Shown: one piece after another, positions 11,355 through 24,648 of the stretch
Layout: the number at the start of each line of letters is the position of its first letter
Numbering within the stretch: the stretch's first letter is position 1
DNA from: Heterodontus francisci
Lineage: Eukaryota
Direction of reading: 5' to 3'
DNA: 64,000 nt
Assembly (NCBI RefSeq): GCF_036365525.1
Contig: NC_090399.1
Span: forward strand, 26,608,529-26,672,528
Translations under genes and position numbers: made by a program
The notes under the pieces: model-generated
Told to the model about the DNA's origin: nothing
Database searches by the model: none
The model's input: the letters and a program-made list of their open reading frames with translations, nothing else

Positions 11355-13180
11355 GGACTGTTAAAATACTACGGGGAGAGGCCCGCCTCGAACCGCGACG
11401 TGGAGACGGGCCGGTCGCACTTTGCTGGCGGCGGGACCTCGGTGCACCCCCCACCTCCACCACACCGACCCCTCCCCCCCAACCACCCCGCCGCACGGCG
11501 GCGGCAACACAATTAGCATATGGTAATGTTTACTTACCAATGCTGATTGTGCAGTCTCTCCACCGACACTGCCGGACTTTTCGTTGAACGGGCGGCCGTC
11601 ATGTGCCGTCCCTATCACGGTCTGAAAAGCCCGCGGATCCTCACTCTGCATTACAGAAGGGAGGATGGAGGAGGGATACACAGGGGTCTAACTCTACACT
11701 CTGGAAGGGAGAGGGGACGGGGGTACACAGGGGTTCTACTCTGCATTATACAAGGGAGGAGGGAGGGATTAACAGGGGTCTCAGTCCGCATTCTTAAAAG
11801 GAGGAGGGAGGGGCAATACGCAGGTGTCAAACTATGCATTCTTGAAGGGAAGGGGGATATGCAGGGCTCCAACTTTTCATTCTGGAAGGCAGGCGCGAGG
11901 GGCGTATACAGGTGTCATACTCTGCATTCTGAAAGGGAGGGGGTCTGAGATTACTGGAGGGATAACTGTGCTGGCATGAAGGAAGGCACTGTATACCATC
12001 CCTCCATTAACAGTGTATGCTCTGTGTTTGTGAGGGGGCAATGGCACACTAGGCACCCTGTGTGTGGGGTGGGTGCCAGAAATGGCAGGAATATTAAGGT
12101 TTTATGGATGGTGGGGGCTATCGATTCAGCTGATAAGATCTTGATGTGGTCATACTGTGCCACTCTGAGTGTTGGCCAAGATGGGTAATGCCATGGCACG
12201 CCTCATAATTGATCCAGGAAAGCAGCTGATGTACCTGTCAACATCAATCCATGCCTTGTTAGGAACCTTTGAATAAATGCAGGGTTCAATTTATTTATCA
12301 CACGGAAGCATATATGGCTCATCCTCCACTGTGTGATCCTCTGCACGTGAGGATCTATATAGCCTGAGGCAATACCAACAAGCATGTGTGATCCACATAC
12401 AGGGTCCCCCGGTAATGAACAGCAGCCCCCAAGGGGAGCCCGCAATTATGGTTGCTGTGCAACTACAGGCCCACATGAAATGCCATCGGATGCCAGAGCA
12501 CCAGTGTCAGAGGAGATTGCACATATAGAGAGGGTGGCGACACGTCTCTGTGCCTTGCTCAAGGAGATGGGTGGACATCCCATGCCTTTGTTCCTCATAG
12601 TGGCAGTTGTTCTCAAGGGTGATGTCCTGTACTATGGTCCGAAAAGGCCAGCTCCTTTCTTTGCTGCTCTGCACAACTACGCACCCAGAGGGGCTAGGAC
12701 TGGCATGATGAGGAGCGACATCAACAGGATTCCTCCTCAGACTATGAGGACGCTGAAGACCTACAATACAAAAGATGCATGGGAGGGCAGATGGCACCCA
12801 GGCTCCGCACATAGGGCAAGAAGTGAGTTAGGGACATAGGGAAGTGGCTTAACAGACACAGGCTGTCTGCTCCATAGGAACTGACATAAGCTCTGCAAAC
12901 CACACATCACCTTCGCGGTTCTCAAGCCTGACGCATCTGCAGACTTTTAGCCGCCTACCATAGACCTGTGTGGGGTCACACAGTAAGCAGTGCATCGCTG
13001 CATCGGGGGGACACCAACTGCCATGACACCTGGGTCTTATGCCAGTCCCAGATGCCACGGCTGATCACTGAGCTGGCTCAGATGGAGGGTTTGCATCTTG
13101 GAGATAAGGGCTATCCTTTGCAGACGTGGCTCCCGACACCGGTAAGAGAGTCCATCACTGCTGCAGAGGAGCAGTCGTAC
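11355..13180 (+). mobile_element. PIF/Harbinger DNA transposon remnant (HARBI1-like DDE transposase, disrupted)
   Basis: ORF 12968+: CHDTWVLCQSQMP...LGDKGYPLQTWLPTPVRESITAAEEQ matches the Harbinger GS.HD...LGD.GY...W.MTP motifs; upstream RLCALLKEMGGHPMP resembles the N-terminal region. GC-rich 5' end at ~11360-11640. Confidence 0.8.
11643..11945. repeat. Degenerate minisatellite, ~45-bp unit, ~7 copies
   Basis: Repeated ctctgcattct-gaagggagg...ggg-atacacaggggtc-a units. Confidence 0.75.
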
Positions 13181-13910
13181 CGCCCCTACCTCCACCGACT
13201 CCAGGCACAAGTTCCCTCCACTATCCCTGATCGGCCCTACACTCACTCTGGCCATCCTCTTGTTCCTCACATAAGTATAGAACGCCTTGGGATTTTCCTT
13301 AATCCTACCCACCAAGACATTTCATGTCCCTTTCTAGCTCTCCTAAGTCCATTCTTCGGACAGTTCCTTCCTGGCTACCTTGTAACCCTCTAGAGACCTG
13401 TCTGACCCTTGCTTCCTCACCCTTAAGTAAGCTTCCTTCTTCCTCTTGGCTAGCTGTTCCACATCTCTTGTCATCCAAGGTTACTTCACCCTACCATCCC
13501 TTCCTTGCCTCATTGGGACAAACCTATCCAGCAGTCGCAGCAAGTGCTCCCTAAACAACCTCCACATTTCTGTCATGCATTCCCCTGAGAACATCTGTTC
13601 CCAATTTATGCTCCCCAGTTCCTGCCTAATAGCATTGTAATTCACCCTCCCCCAATTAAATATTTTCCCATCCCGTCTGCTCCTGTCCCTCTCCATGACT
13701 GCAGTAAAGGTCAGGGAGTTGTGATCACAATCACCGAAATGCTCTCCCATCGAGAGATCTGCCACCTGGCCTGGTTCGTTGCCAAGCACCAAGTCCAACA
13801 TAGCCTCCCCTCTGGTTGTCCTATCTTCATATTGAGTCAGGAAACCTTCCTGGACACACCTGACAAAAACTGCTCCATCCAAACTATTTGCACTAAGGAG
13901 GTTCCAATTA
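13180..13910 (-). mobile_element. CR1 LINE ORF2 fragment (endonuclease end/linker)
   Basis: ORF 13481-13882 FVRCVQEGFLTQY...RGEAMLDLVLGNEPGQV...GEHFGDCDHNSL; 13037-13315 RIKENPKAFYTYVRNKR. Confidence 0.9.
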
Positions 13911-13924
13911 TTATTAGATTATTG

Positions 13925-15045
13925 CATACGATAGGAGCTCACATTATTGGGGTAATGTATTAGCATGGATCGAGGATTGTTTAACACACAGAAGACAGAG
14001 AGTCGGGATTTATGGGTCTTTTTCAGGTTTGGAAAGACTTAACTAGTGGAGTCCCACAGGGTCAGTCCTTGGGCCTCAATTATTTACTATCTATATTAAT
14101 GACTTGGAGGTTGGGGTAGAGTGTAATATATCCAAATTTGCTGACGATACAAAAATAGGTGGGAGGGCATGTTGTGATAAGGACGTAAGGAATCTGCAAG
14201 CGGATATAGATAGGTTGAGTGAGTGGGCAACAACTTGGCAGATGGAGTTTAATGTCGGTAAGTGTGAGGTCATGCACTTTGGTAGGAAGAAATGGAGAAG
14301 GACTTCAAATAAAATACAGCACAGAGGGATCTGGGTATTCTTGTGCATAAAACACAAAATGTTAGCATGCAGGTGCAGCAAGTAATTAAGAAAGCAAATG
14401 GAATGTTGGTCTTTATTGCGAGGGGGTTAGTGTTTAAAAATAGGGAAGTCTCGTTGCAACTGTACAGGGTGTTGGTGAGGCCACAGCTGGAGTGCTGTGT
14501 TCAGTTTTGGTCCCCGTATTTAAGAAAGGATGTACTGGCATTGGGGACAGTTCAAAAGAGATTCACTAGGCTGATTCCTGGGATGAAGAGGTTGACTTAT
14601 CAAGAACGGCTAAACGTGCTTTATTCATTAGAGTTTAGAAGAATGAGGGTTGATCTTATTGAAACGTACAAGATTCTGAAGGGGGATGCTCGGGTCGAAG
14701 TTGAGAACATGTTTCCACTAGTGGGGGACTCTGGAACTATGCAATATAGTTACAGAATGAGGCGACACTCATTTAAAACTTAGATGCAAAGAAATTTCTT
14801 CTCTCAGAGAATAGTGAATGCGTGGAATTCTTTACCCCAGAGAGTTGTGGAGGCCAAATCACTTAAATTATTTAAAAAGGAGTTAGATAGATTTGTTTTA
14901 AATATATCGCTGAGTTGAGGGCTATGAGGAGTTGGCACGAAAGAGGAGTTGAGGTCCTGGGCAGATCAGCCATCATCTTATTGAATGGCAGGGCAGGCTT
15001 GAGGGGCCGAATCGCCTACTCCTGCTCCTATTCCTTACGTTCTTA
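13925..15045 (+). mobile_element. 5'-truncated CR1 LINE (RT C-terminus and 3' UTR)
   Basis: SKFADDTKIGG, LYRVLVRPQLECCVQFWSPYLRKD; 3' tail ctcctgctcctattccttacgttctta. Confidence 0.9.
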
Positions 15046-15389
15046 AGATTTGATGGCTCAAGTGACGCATTGATGCTCCCTATTTCCTATTTTTACTCTC
15101 ACTAGCAGGGAAGAAAGGAAGAAAGAAAGAAAAATACAATACTTCGGTCACATTATTGAATTAGAAGGTAGACAGAGACGATTAGTGGAAGGAAATATCA
15201 GTGGGAAACGTATTGGACGGAAGCAAGATAAGAAAATGGATGTCAGATATAATGAGACTGAATGCAGTTGACCTACGCAGAACGTGTAAGGACAGCACAG
15301 GACAGAAAGAAGTGGCGATCCATGAATGTCAACCTTTTGGGAAGGTGATGAAGGCAATGAATTAAATGAACGAAGCCGTTTCGAAATCT

Positions 15390-15705
15390 TACCCGTTAGC
15401 TTCCTCTCTAGTTCCTGAAAATCTGACCGTAGGACCTTAACTTCTGTCTTACTGCCCTGCAGAATATCCTGCAACATTTCTGTGACGCTGTTTATCCTGG
15501 CAGCAGGGAAGCAAAACACCATGCAGAACTCACGATGACGATTACTGAAATGCCTGGCTGTCCCTGACTATGTAATCTCCAATAACAACTGATTTTCTAC
15601 ACTTTGCTGCTCCCTCTTATACATTCCCCTGTGCACTGGTGCCATTGTCTGGACTGCACTTCTTCAGGGTGTCATCACGCCCAACAATCTCCACCACTGT
15701 ATATC
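15390..15705 (-). mobile_element. CR1 ORF1 esterase fragment
   Basis: MVFCFPAARINSVTEMLQDILQG matches the CR1 ORF1 motif VCCLPGARV.DV..RL..IL.G. Confidence 0.7.
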
Positions 15706-16020
15706 TGGACATGAATTCAAATTCCGCTAATGCAACTGGGAAATTTAGTTTCAGTTAATTAAACAAAATCGAGAATGTTTTTAAAAAGCTCGTATCAGTA
15801 ATGGTGACCATGAAGTAACTGGTTTTGCGAAATCCGTCTGGCTCATTAATGCCCTTCAGGGAAGTTTCGATACTGTCTTTATCTGGCCTGGGCTATATGT
15901 GACTCCAGCTGCATGGCAATGTGGTCGACTCTGAATTGCTTTCTGAGATGGCGAAGCAAGCCAATCCATCGCATCTTCTCAAGATGAGGAGATCTCACAT
16001 CACGTGAATGAATAAAAAAG
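15706..16020 (+). mobile_element. Decayed SINE sharing its 3' tail with the second CR1-like family
   Basis: gtaatggtgaccatgaa...atgtgactccag...gcaatgtggtcgactct body ending ctcacatcacgtgaatgaataaaaaa, the same tail as the LINE end at 24001-24027. Antisense pieces of an apparently similar SINE lie at ~19365-19490 and ~59270-59410. Confidence 0.55.
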
Positions 16021-17284
16021 AATGGGTCGCCGATTTCAAAAATTATAGCATCGTCGAAAGAAGTGAAAATAAATCGTATTCTATAATATGTTATCGATCT
16101 GCAATGCAAATTGGAAAACTAACCACGTATTTTCTTTACCAAGAAGGAGGCGCTGTGTCTGAAGTATGGGAGTAGATTTTCAACTTGATGCTAAGTTGTA
16201 AAACTAGCATTCAGTATTATGGCCAATTATAATTTCTGTTTATTTCATCAGACTTGAAAACCAGATAGTTTCTATATACAGTGGCATCTCTGCAATGCCA
16301 ACTTAATCCTGGTGGCAAGATAATAATCTACTTTTCATCGGCACCTAGCAATCTTGGTATTGCCTGAACATAGGTCTTAGAATTTTTTCAAGCCCATCAT
16401 ATTTTTAACTGCTTCTAGACAGACGGGCAATAGAAAGTTTACTCACAGTAGGAGAGCTAGGCATTTAATTTGATAAATTTGAAACTGTTACCTTATACTA
16501 TCTTGCAGTACAGAACACTGGGTGGCTTATTAAATATATTTGAGTTAAGCAGGTAACATTGCGTGCATTCCATTTGAGGTAGATATACTCTGCATGTATA
16601 AATTCCTTGGTACATTCAACATTGGTTCACCGTTTTGAACAAAATATATTCTGTTTCCAATTCATTGTTCTATTAAACCTCTTAGGTGGGCAGGGTGCAA
16701 TGGATTGCTACCAAAAATAAGTATAGCACGATGTAGAAACAAGGCAAAGATTTATCTATTTGGTTTAGACGGGGTTCTTTAGCTCGTCATGTCACAGAAT
16801 TCCCAGTACTGTATCGTTCTGGTCTTTCCGGTGCGGTTTTGAATCAAAGAGAAGAGAAAAATTGGTGTTAATATACAAAACCATTCAATGTGGCATTGTA
16901 AGCTGATACGTTGTTTAAAATGCAAATGTGTCACTTGGACTTATAAGTAGCGTCCAGATTATAACAGGAAAGAGTGAAGCAACAATGATGGAAATTTATT
17001 ATTCGCTGTTTTTCTCTCAGACTGAGTACTGTGGAAAATTATGGGCATCACATCGGGAAAGATGTCCAGTTCTTAGAAACGATGAATAGGATGCTTGCTG
17101 GAATCTTATCAGGGCTTCAGTTATGCCGTGAAATTTGTAAAGTCATGACTGTTTTTCCTGGAATAGTGAAGGATAAGAGGGAACCGAATAGCTGTATTTA
17201 AGATGATGACAACTTCAATTATGATAGATAGTGAAAATAGCCCTTCCCTCTGGTGAGGCATATGTTAAATTATCCTTCGATACA

Positions 17285-17640
17285 AGCATCTTGCCAGAGG
17301 ACTGGATAATTGCAAATGTTACACCCTTGTTCAAGAAAAGGGTGCAGGGTTAAGCCCAGCAACTACAGGCCTGTCAGTTTACTCCCGGTGGTAGGAAGGC
17401 TTTTAGAAACAATAATTCGCAACAACATTAACAGTCACTTGGACAAATGGAGAGTAATTAAGGAAAGCCTGCACGCATTTATTAAGGGCAAATCTTGTTC
17501 AACTAATTAGCTCAAGTTTTTGCTGAAGCAGAGTGAGTGTTGATTCGGGTCATGTGTTTGATGTGCTGGTGGACTTCGAAAAGGCACCTGATAAAGTGCC
17601 ACAGAATAGACTTATCAGCAAACTTAGAGCATATTGATTA
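17285..17640 (+). mobile_element. CR1 RT N-terminal fragment
   Basis: KPSNYRPVSLLPVVGRLLETII...HAFIKGKSCSTN. Confidence 0.85.
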
Positions 17641-17912
17641 GCTTCTGAAACCTTCTGACCCTTCTGGTTAGCTATTCTGTGACCTTGTCCTATTAACACC
17701 TTCTCTTTTGTTATCTTTTGCCCCACTCCCGCTTTACTTGCTTAAAATATTTGACATTTCTTATATTTGCCAGTTCTGAAGAAGGGTCACTGACCTTAAA
17801 TGTTAACTCTGCTTCTGTCTCCACAGATTCTGCCAGACCTGCTGAGTATTTCCAGAATTTCTCGGGTTTTTTATTTCAGATTTCCTGCATCTGCAGTATT
17901 TTCTTTTATTAT
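17641..17912 (+). mobile_element. Penelope-like element 3' end with degenerate hammerhead motif
   Basis: cagttCTGAAGAagggtcactgacctTAAAtgttaactctg...gccagacctgctgagtatttccag...tcagatttcc; same family as 36435-36652, but GAAA is mutated to TAAA. Confidence 0.65.
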
Positions 17913-19350
17913 TATGCCAAAGTTATACCTCTGTTTAAAAAGGCAGCGAGGGATAGACCGAATAATTACAGGCTGGTCAGTCTAATCTCACTAATGGACA
18001 AGTTATTGGAATCTATTCTGAGAGGCACGAGAAACTGTCACTTTGAAAGGCATGAACGAATGAAGAATAGTCAGCATGGATTTGTAAAGGGAAGATCTTG
18101 TTTGACCAACTTTATTGAATTTTTTGAAGAAGTAACAAGGAAGATAGATGATGGCAGTGCAGTTGATGTGGTCTACATGGATGTTAGCCAATATTTTGAC
18201 AAGGTCCCACATGGCAGACTGGTTACAAAAAATATCTCATGGAATCCATGGAAATGCTGCAAGGTGGATACAAAATTGGCTTAGTGGCAGGAAATAAAGG
18301 GTAATTGTTGACCGGTAATTTGGCAACTGGTGGCCTATTTCCAGTGGCTTGCCACAGGGCTCAATACTGGGCCCCTGATTTTTGTGGTATATATTAACGA
18401 TTTGGATGTAAATGCAGGAGGCATAACCAAGAGGCTTGCAGACGACACAAAGATTGGCCGTGTGGTAATTAGTGAGGAGGATAACTGTAGGCTGCAGGAA
18501 GATATTGATGGTCTGGTCAGATGGGCAGAAAAGTGGCAAATGGAATTCAACCTGGAGAAGTGTGAGGTGATGCATTTTGCAGAGTTCAAACAAGACAAAG
18601 GAAGAACGATTCATGGGAAAATACTGAGAAGTGTAAAGGAAGTGAGGGACCTTGGAGTGAATGTCTACAGATTTCTGAAGGTAGCAGGACAGGTCGATAA
18701 GTTGATTAAACAGGTGTATGGAATAGTGTCCTTTATTAGCCGTGGTATCCAATATAAGAGCAGGGAGGTTATGCTGGAACTCTGTAACGCATTGCGTATG
18801 TCACAAATTGAGTACTGTGTGCAGTTCTGATCACCTAATTACAAAAAGGATGTAATAGCACTAGAGTGGGTACAGAGGAGATTTATAACAATATTGCAAG
18901 GACTGGAAAAGGAAGCTAAGAGGAAAGTTTGGATAGGCTGGCGGTGTTCTTCTTTAAACAGAGAAGGCTGAGGGAGATCTGATTGAAATGTACAAAATGT
19001 TGATGGGCCTAGGTAGAGTGGAGGTGAAGGGTCTTTTCTCCTTAGCAGAGAGGTCAGTGACTAGGGTAATAGATTTAAAGTGCTTGGTCGAAAAACTAGA
19101 GGAGAGATGAGGGAAACTTTTTTTCACTCTGCGTCTGAAACTCACTGCCTGAAAGGATACTTGAGGCAGAAACCCTCAACTCATTCAAAAGATGCCTGGA
19201 TATGTACCTGACGTGCCGTGATCTGCAGGGCTACGGACCAAATGCTGGAAGGTGGAATTAGAATAGGTGGATCTTTTTTTTCGTCTGGCACAGACACAAT
19301 GCCAAGTGGCCTCCTTCTGTGTCTTGAACTTTCTCTGATTCTATGGTTTC
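17913..19350 (+). mobile_element. 5'-truncated CR1 LINE (RT to 3' UTR), frameshifted
   Basis: NYRLVSLISL, SQHGFVKGRSCLTNFIEFFEEVT, FDKVPHGRL, LADDTKIG, KWQMEFN; 3' tail ctctgattctatg. Confidence 0.92.
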
Positions 19351-20085
19351 ATGGTCTCCTGTGCTTTAATTCCAGAGTTATTAATTGAATTAAAATTGCA
19401 GCATTAACCATGGTGGGATACGAACTCATGTCCCCAGAGCATTAGCCTGCGATTATTACTACAGTGACATTACCAGTATGCCATCAGCTCTGAACCTTGA
19501 TGTGTGGCATTTCCAGCGTGCTAAATATGATAGATTTCGAATTGATCTAGAAACTCAAATTTTGGCATCCATGAGGCTTTGTGAGCTATCAGCAGCAGCA
19601 GAATAGTATTCAGCCATAATCTGTCACCTCATGGCCAGGCATATCCGCCAGCTAACATTACCAAAAAGCTGGAGGATCAACCCTGGTTCAATGAAGAGTG
19701 CTGGAGGGCATGCCAAGAGCAACACCGTGCTTACCTCAAAATGAGGTGTCAGCCTCGTGAAAATACAACACAGGACTACTTGCATGCCAAACTGCGGAAG
19801 CAGCATGCAATGGTCAGGGTTAAGCGATCCCACAGCCAATGGATCAGATCAAAGCTCTGCAGTCCTGTCACATGCAGTCGTGAATCGTAGTGGGCAATTA
19901 AACAACTATCAAGAGATGGAGGCTCCACAAATATCCCCATCCTCAGCAAGCACATCAGTGCAAAAGAAAGATTGAAGCATTTTTCATCCATCTTCAGTCT
20001 GAAGTCCCAATTGTATAATCAATTTCGGCCTCCTCTGAGGTCTCCAGCACCGCAACGCCAGTTTTCAACCAATCGTATTCACTCC

Positions 20086-20622
20086 AATTGTGTTCAGTTC
20101 TGGTCGCCTCATTATAGGAAGGATGTGGAAGCTTTAGAGAGGGTGCAGAGGAGATTTACCAGAATGCTGCCTGGACTGGAGGGTATGTCTTACGAAGAAA
20201 GATTGAGGGAGCTAGGGCTTTTCTCATTGGAGCGAAGAAGGATGAGAGGTGGCTTGATGAAGGGGTACAAGATTATGAGAGGCATAGATAGAGTGGATAG
20301 CCAGAGACATTTTCCCAGGGCGGAAAGGGCTATCACCAGGGGGCATAGCTTTAAGGTGATTGGAGGAAGGTTTCGGGGAGATTTCAGAGGTAGGTTCTTT
20401 ACAAAGAGAGTGGTGGGTGCGTGGAATGCGCTGCCAGCGGTGGTAGTAGAAGCAGATACATTAGGGAAATTTAAGCGACTCTAGGATAGGTACATGGACG
20501 ATAGTAGAATGAAGGGTAGGTAGTTAGTTTGACCTTCCAGTAGGTTAAAGGTTCGGCACAACATGGTGGGCCGAAGGGCCTGTACAGTGCTGTACTGTTC
20601 TATGTTCTATGTTCTATGTTCC
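20086..20622 (+). mobile_element. Young 5'-truncated CR1 LINE nested in an older LINE
   Basis: Uninterrupted CVQFWSPHYRKDVEALERVQRRFTRMLPGL...FFTKRVVGAWNALP and (TTCTATG)n tail. Confidence 0.92.
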
Positions 20623-22002
20623 ATGTGCTATCAATAAGGCACTGGATACTGCAAAGTCTATGGGCCTTGACAACATTCCGGAAATAGTACTAAAGACTTG
20701 TGCTCCAGAATTAGCTGCGCCCCTAGCCAAGCTGCTTCAGGGCAGCTACAACACTGACATCCACTTGGAAATGAAGAAAAATGCCCAGGTATGCCCTGTC
20801 CACAAAAAGCAAGACAAATTCAATCCAGCCAATTACGGCCCTAGCATTCTGCTCTAGATCATCAGCAAATTGATAGAACGGGCCGTTGACAGTGCTATCA
20901 AGTGACGTTTGCTCAGCACTCGCCTGTTCACTGATGATCAGTTTGGGTTCCCCCAAGACCACTCAGCTCCTGACCTCTTTACTGTCTTTGTCCAAATCTG
21001 GACACTGGAGATGAACGCCATCTCTTTGTGAGATGACTGCCCTTAACATCAAAGCAGCATTTGACCGAATATGGCATCAAGGAGCCCCAGCAAAACTGGA
21101 TTCAATGCGAATCTGAGGGAAATATCTCCGCTGGTTGGAGGCATACCAAGCACAAAGGGAGATGGTTGAGGTTGTTGGAGGTTAATCATCCCAGTTCCAG
21201 GACATCATTGCAGAGGTTCCTCAGGGTAGTTTCCTAGGCCCAAACATTTCCAGGTGCTTCAACAATTACCTTCCCTCCCTCTTAAGGTCAGAAGTGGTGA
21301 TGTTCGCTGATGATTGCACAATTTTCAACACCATTCACGACTCCTCAGATACTGAAACAACCTGTGTCCAGATGCAGCAAGAGATGGACAGTGCCCAGGC
21401 TTGCGCTGATATATGGCAAGTAAAATGCGCAACATACAAGTGCCAGGCCATCCCACCTCAAGCAACGGAGACTCTAGCTATCTCCCGTTGATGTTCAATG
21501 AAATTACAATCGCTGAATCCCCCACTATTAACATCCTGGTGGTTGCCATTGACCAGAAACTGAACTGGACAGTCACATAAGTGGTTTGGCTACATGAGCA
21601 GGTCATACGCTAGGAATTCTGCGGCGAGTAACTCACCTCCTCTCTCCCCAGTGCCTGTCCACAAGGCACAGGTCGGGGTGTGATGGAGTACTCTCCAGTT
21701 GCTTGGATATGTACAGCTCCAACACCACTCAAGAAGCTCAACACCATCCAGGACAATGGAGCCCACTTGATTGGCACCCCAACTACAACCTTCAACTTTC
21801 ACTTCCTTCACCACCGATGCACAGTGGCAGCAGTGCGTATCATGTACAAGATGCACTGCTGCAACTCGTCAAGTATCCTTCCACAGCACTTTCCAAACCC
21901 GCAGTTGTACCACCTAGAGGAACAAGGACAGCAGGTGCATCGGAGCTCACCACCAGTAGCATCTCCTCCAGGCCACATACCATCCTGACTTAGGAATATC
22001 GG

Positions 22003-23865
22003 GACATGGGAGCATAGGAGCAGGAATAGGCCATTTATCCCTTAGAGCCTGCTCCGCCATTCAATACGATCATGGCTGACCATCCATTTCAATATCTTAT
22101 CCCCACACTCTCCTCATATTCCCTTATGTCATTTGTATTTAGAAATATGTCAATCTCGGCTTTAAACGTACTCAATGACTGAGCATTCACTGCCTTCCGG
22201 ATTAGAGAATTACAAAGATTCACAATCGCCTAATTAAAGAAGTTTCTCCTCATCTCTGTACTAAGTGGCTGCTCCCTTATTTTTGAATGTTATCCCCTGA
22301 TTCTCGACTCCCCAAACAGGGAAATATCTTACCTGCATCTACGCTGTATTTTGCAGGTTTCAATGAGATCATCTCTCATTCTTCGAAACTCTAGAGAATA
22401 CAGGCCCTCTTGCCCCAGTCTCTCTTCATAGGACAGTCCCGCCATCCTTGGAACAAGTCTGATGAGCCTTCGTTGCACTCTATGGCAATAATATCTTTCC
22501 TCAGGTAACGGGACCAAAACAGCACACAGTACTCTATGTGCGGTATAACCAAGGTTTTATGTAATTGAAGCAAGACCTCACGACTCCAGTCATCAAATCG
22601 TCTTGCGATAATGGCTGACATTCCATTAACCTTCTTAACTGCTTGCTGCACATGCGTGTTAGCTTGCAGTGACGCATTGTCAAGGGCACCTAGGTCCCTT
22701 TGTACATCTACACTTTCCAATCAGTTACCATATAAGAAATACTCTGCGCATCTATTCCTCCTACCAAAGTGGATAACCTCACATTTTCCACATTACATTC
22801 CATCTGCCACGTTCTTTCCCATTCACTAAGTCTGTCCAAATCCCCTTGAAGCCGCTTTGCATGTTCCTCACAATACACATTCCCACCCAGTTTTGTGTCA
22901 TCTGCGAACTTGTAAATATTACATTTCGTCCCCACATCCAAATCATTGATATATATATATATTGTGAACAGCTGGGGCCCAAGCAGTGATCCCAGCAGTA
23001 CCCCAGAAGTTACAGCCTGCTATTACGAGAATGACCCGTTTATTCCTACTACTCTCTTTTTTCTGGATGTTAACCAATCCTTAATCCATGCCAGTATATT
23101 GCTTCCTACCCCATGTGCTTTATTGTTGCTCATCGACCTCCTGTGGGGGCTTTATGAAAAGGCCTTCTGAAAATCCAGGTCTACCATGTCCACCGATTCC
23201 CCTTTATCATTTCTGTTAGTAACATCCTCAAAAAAAATCCAACAGGTTCGTCAAACATGATTTCCCGATCATGCATCCATGTTGGCTGTGCCCATCAGAT
23301 CATTATTATCGAAGTGTCCAGTTGTCACATATTTAGAATAGATCGTAGCATTTTCCCAACAACTGATGTAAGGCTAACAGGTCTGTAATTCCTTTCTTTT
23401 CTCTCTTCCTCCCTTCTTAAATAGGGAGGTGACATTGACTGCATTCCAGTCTGCAGGGACCTCTCCAGAATCTATAGAATTTTGGAAGATTGTCACCTAT
23501 GCATTCACTATCTCCATAGATACGGCTTTCAACACTCTGGGATGTAGAATATCGGATCACTTGGACTTACGAACCTTCAGCCCCATTAATTTCTCCAATG
23601 CACCATTCTTACTAATGCTAATTTCCTTCAATTCCTCATTCCCCATAATCCCATAGATCTTTAATTTTTGGAGATTTCTTGTGAAGACAGACATAAAGTA
23701 ATCATTTAGCTTCTCTGTCATTTCTCTACTCAACTTTATAAATTCTTCTGACTCTGCCTGCAATGGATCCAGATTTGTCTTAGCCAAACGTTTCCTTTTT
23801 ACGTAATTATAGAAGCTATTGAAGTCCGTTTTTACATTTTTGTGCCAGCTTGCATTCATATTCTA
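22003..23865 (-). mobile_element. CR1 LINE (linker-RT-3' UTR, internally deleted), nested antisense
   Basis: KFADDTKLGG, PHIEYCVLFWSRYLRKD, FYNYVKRKRLAK; 3' end at 22003. Confidence 0.9.
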
Positions 23866-24494
23866 TGCTGGACTCCCTTCCTAGCAGTACTGTTGTTGTA
23901 CCTACACCCCAAGGACTGCAGCAGTTCAAGCAGGCAGCTCACTACCATCTTCCCAAGGGTAATTAGGCAGAGGCAATAAATCTTGGCCTAGCGAGTGACG
24001 CTCACATCACACGAATGAATAAAAAATCCTTTCACCACATAGAAAATACTAATTTGATTTGCATAATGTGAAAAATTAAGATGAAAGAAAAATAAGCCCC
24101 ACTGCATCGAAATTACCCTTAATGCGTTGTCGATTCAACTCTAACATTGGAGTCAGTGGCTCTGCTGTCATCTCTGCAATGGTGTAGAGTGTGGGAGGCT
24201 GGAATGAAAAGCTTCAATGCTCCAATCATTGTCCATCTGTTTCCACTGGTCACTTTAGGCCGCAGTGGAGTGTTTTATAAATCTTGGAGTAAGTTTGGGG
24301 ACATCAGATCTTGGATAAGCTGATAATGGCAGGTATGCAAAGCAGATACAGATCGTATATCACCATTTTTATTTGTGGTGATTCATGTTCTACTGTATAG
24401 ACTTACAATTGGTGCTTTTGTCAATATTATACTCTATTATTGCAAATCAAATATAGCAATAATCACAACTGTTAACCTTTTATTATTTTGTCAG

Positions 24495-24521
24495 AAACAA
24501 AAGAAACCTATAAGAAATACG
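24495..24521 (+). CDS. 27-nt micro-exon (class D), ETKETYKKY
   Basis: tttattattttgtcag|AAACAAAAGAAACCTATAAGAAATACG|gtgagc; paralog with homologous flanks at 44826. Confidence 0.8.
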
Positions 24522-24648
24522 GTGAGCAGTAATAGCGCATTTTTACCATCAAACTTTAGACCTTTGTTTAAATTAATGAATCTGTTTTAGTCTTGGGTAA
24601 TAGGAAAATACACAATTCCAAATATCTGCTTCTGTCTTTCAATTACAG

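Larger units (their letters stand above)
19495..24027 (+). mobile_element. Second CR1-like LINE family (ORF2 to 3' end), split by two younger insertions
   Basis: LDTAKSMGLDNIPEIVLKTCAPELAAPLAKL, MFADDCTIF, MEYSPVAW in segments 19495-20085 and 20625-21995; 3' end resumes at 23870-24027 (...ctcacatcacacgaatgaataaaaaa). Confidence 0.85.

Noticed and set aside
11643-11945. Regularly spaced repeats considered as a CRISPR array
   Set aside because: Eukaryotic context, degenerate tandem units without unique spacers, no cas genes.
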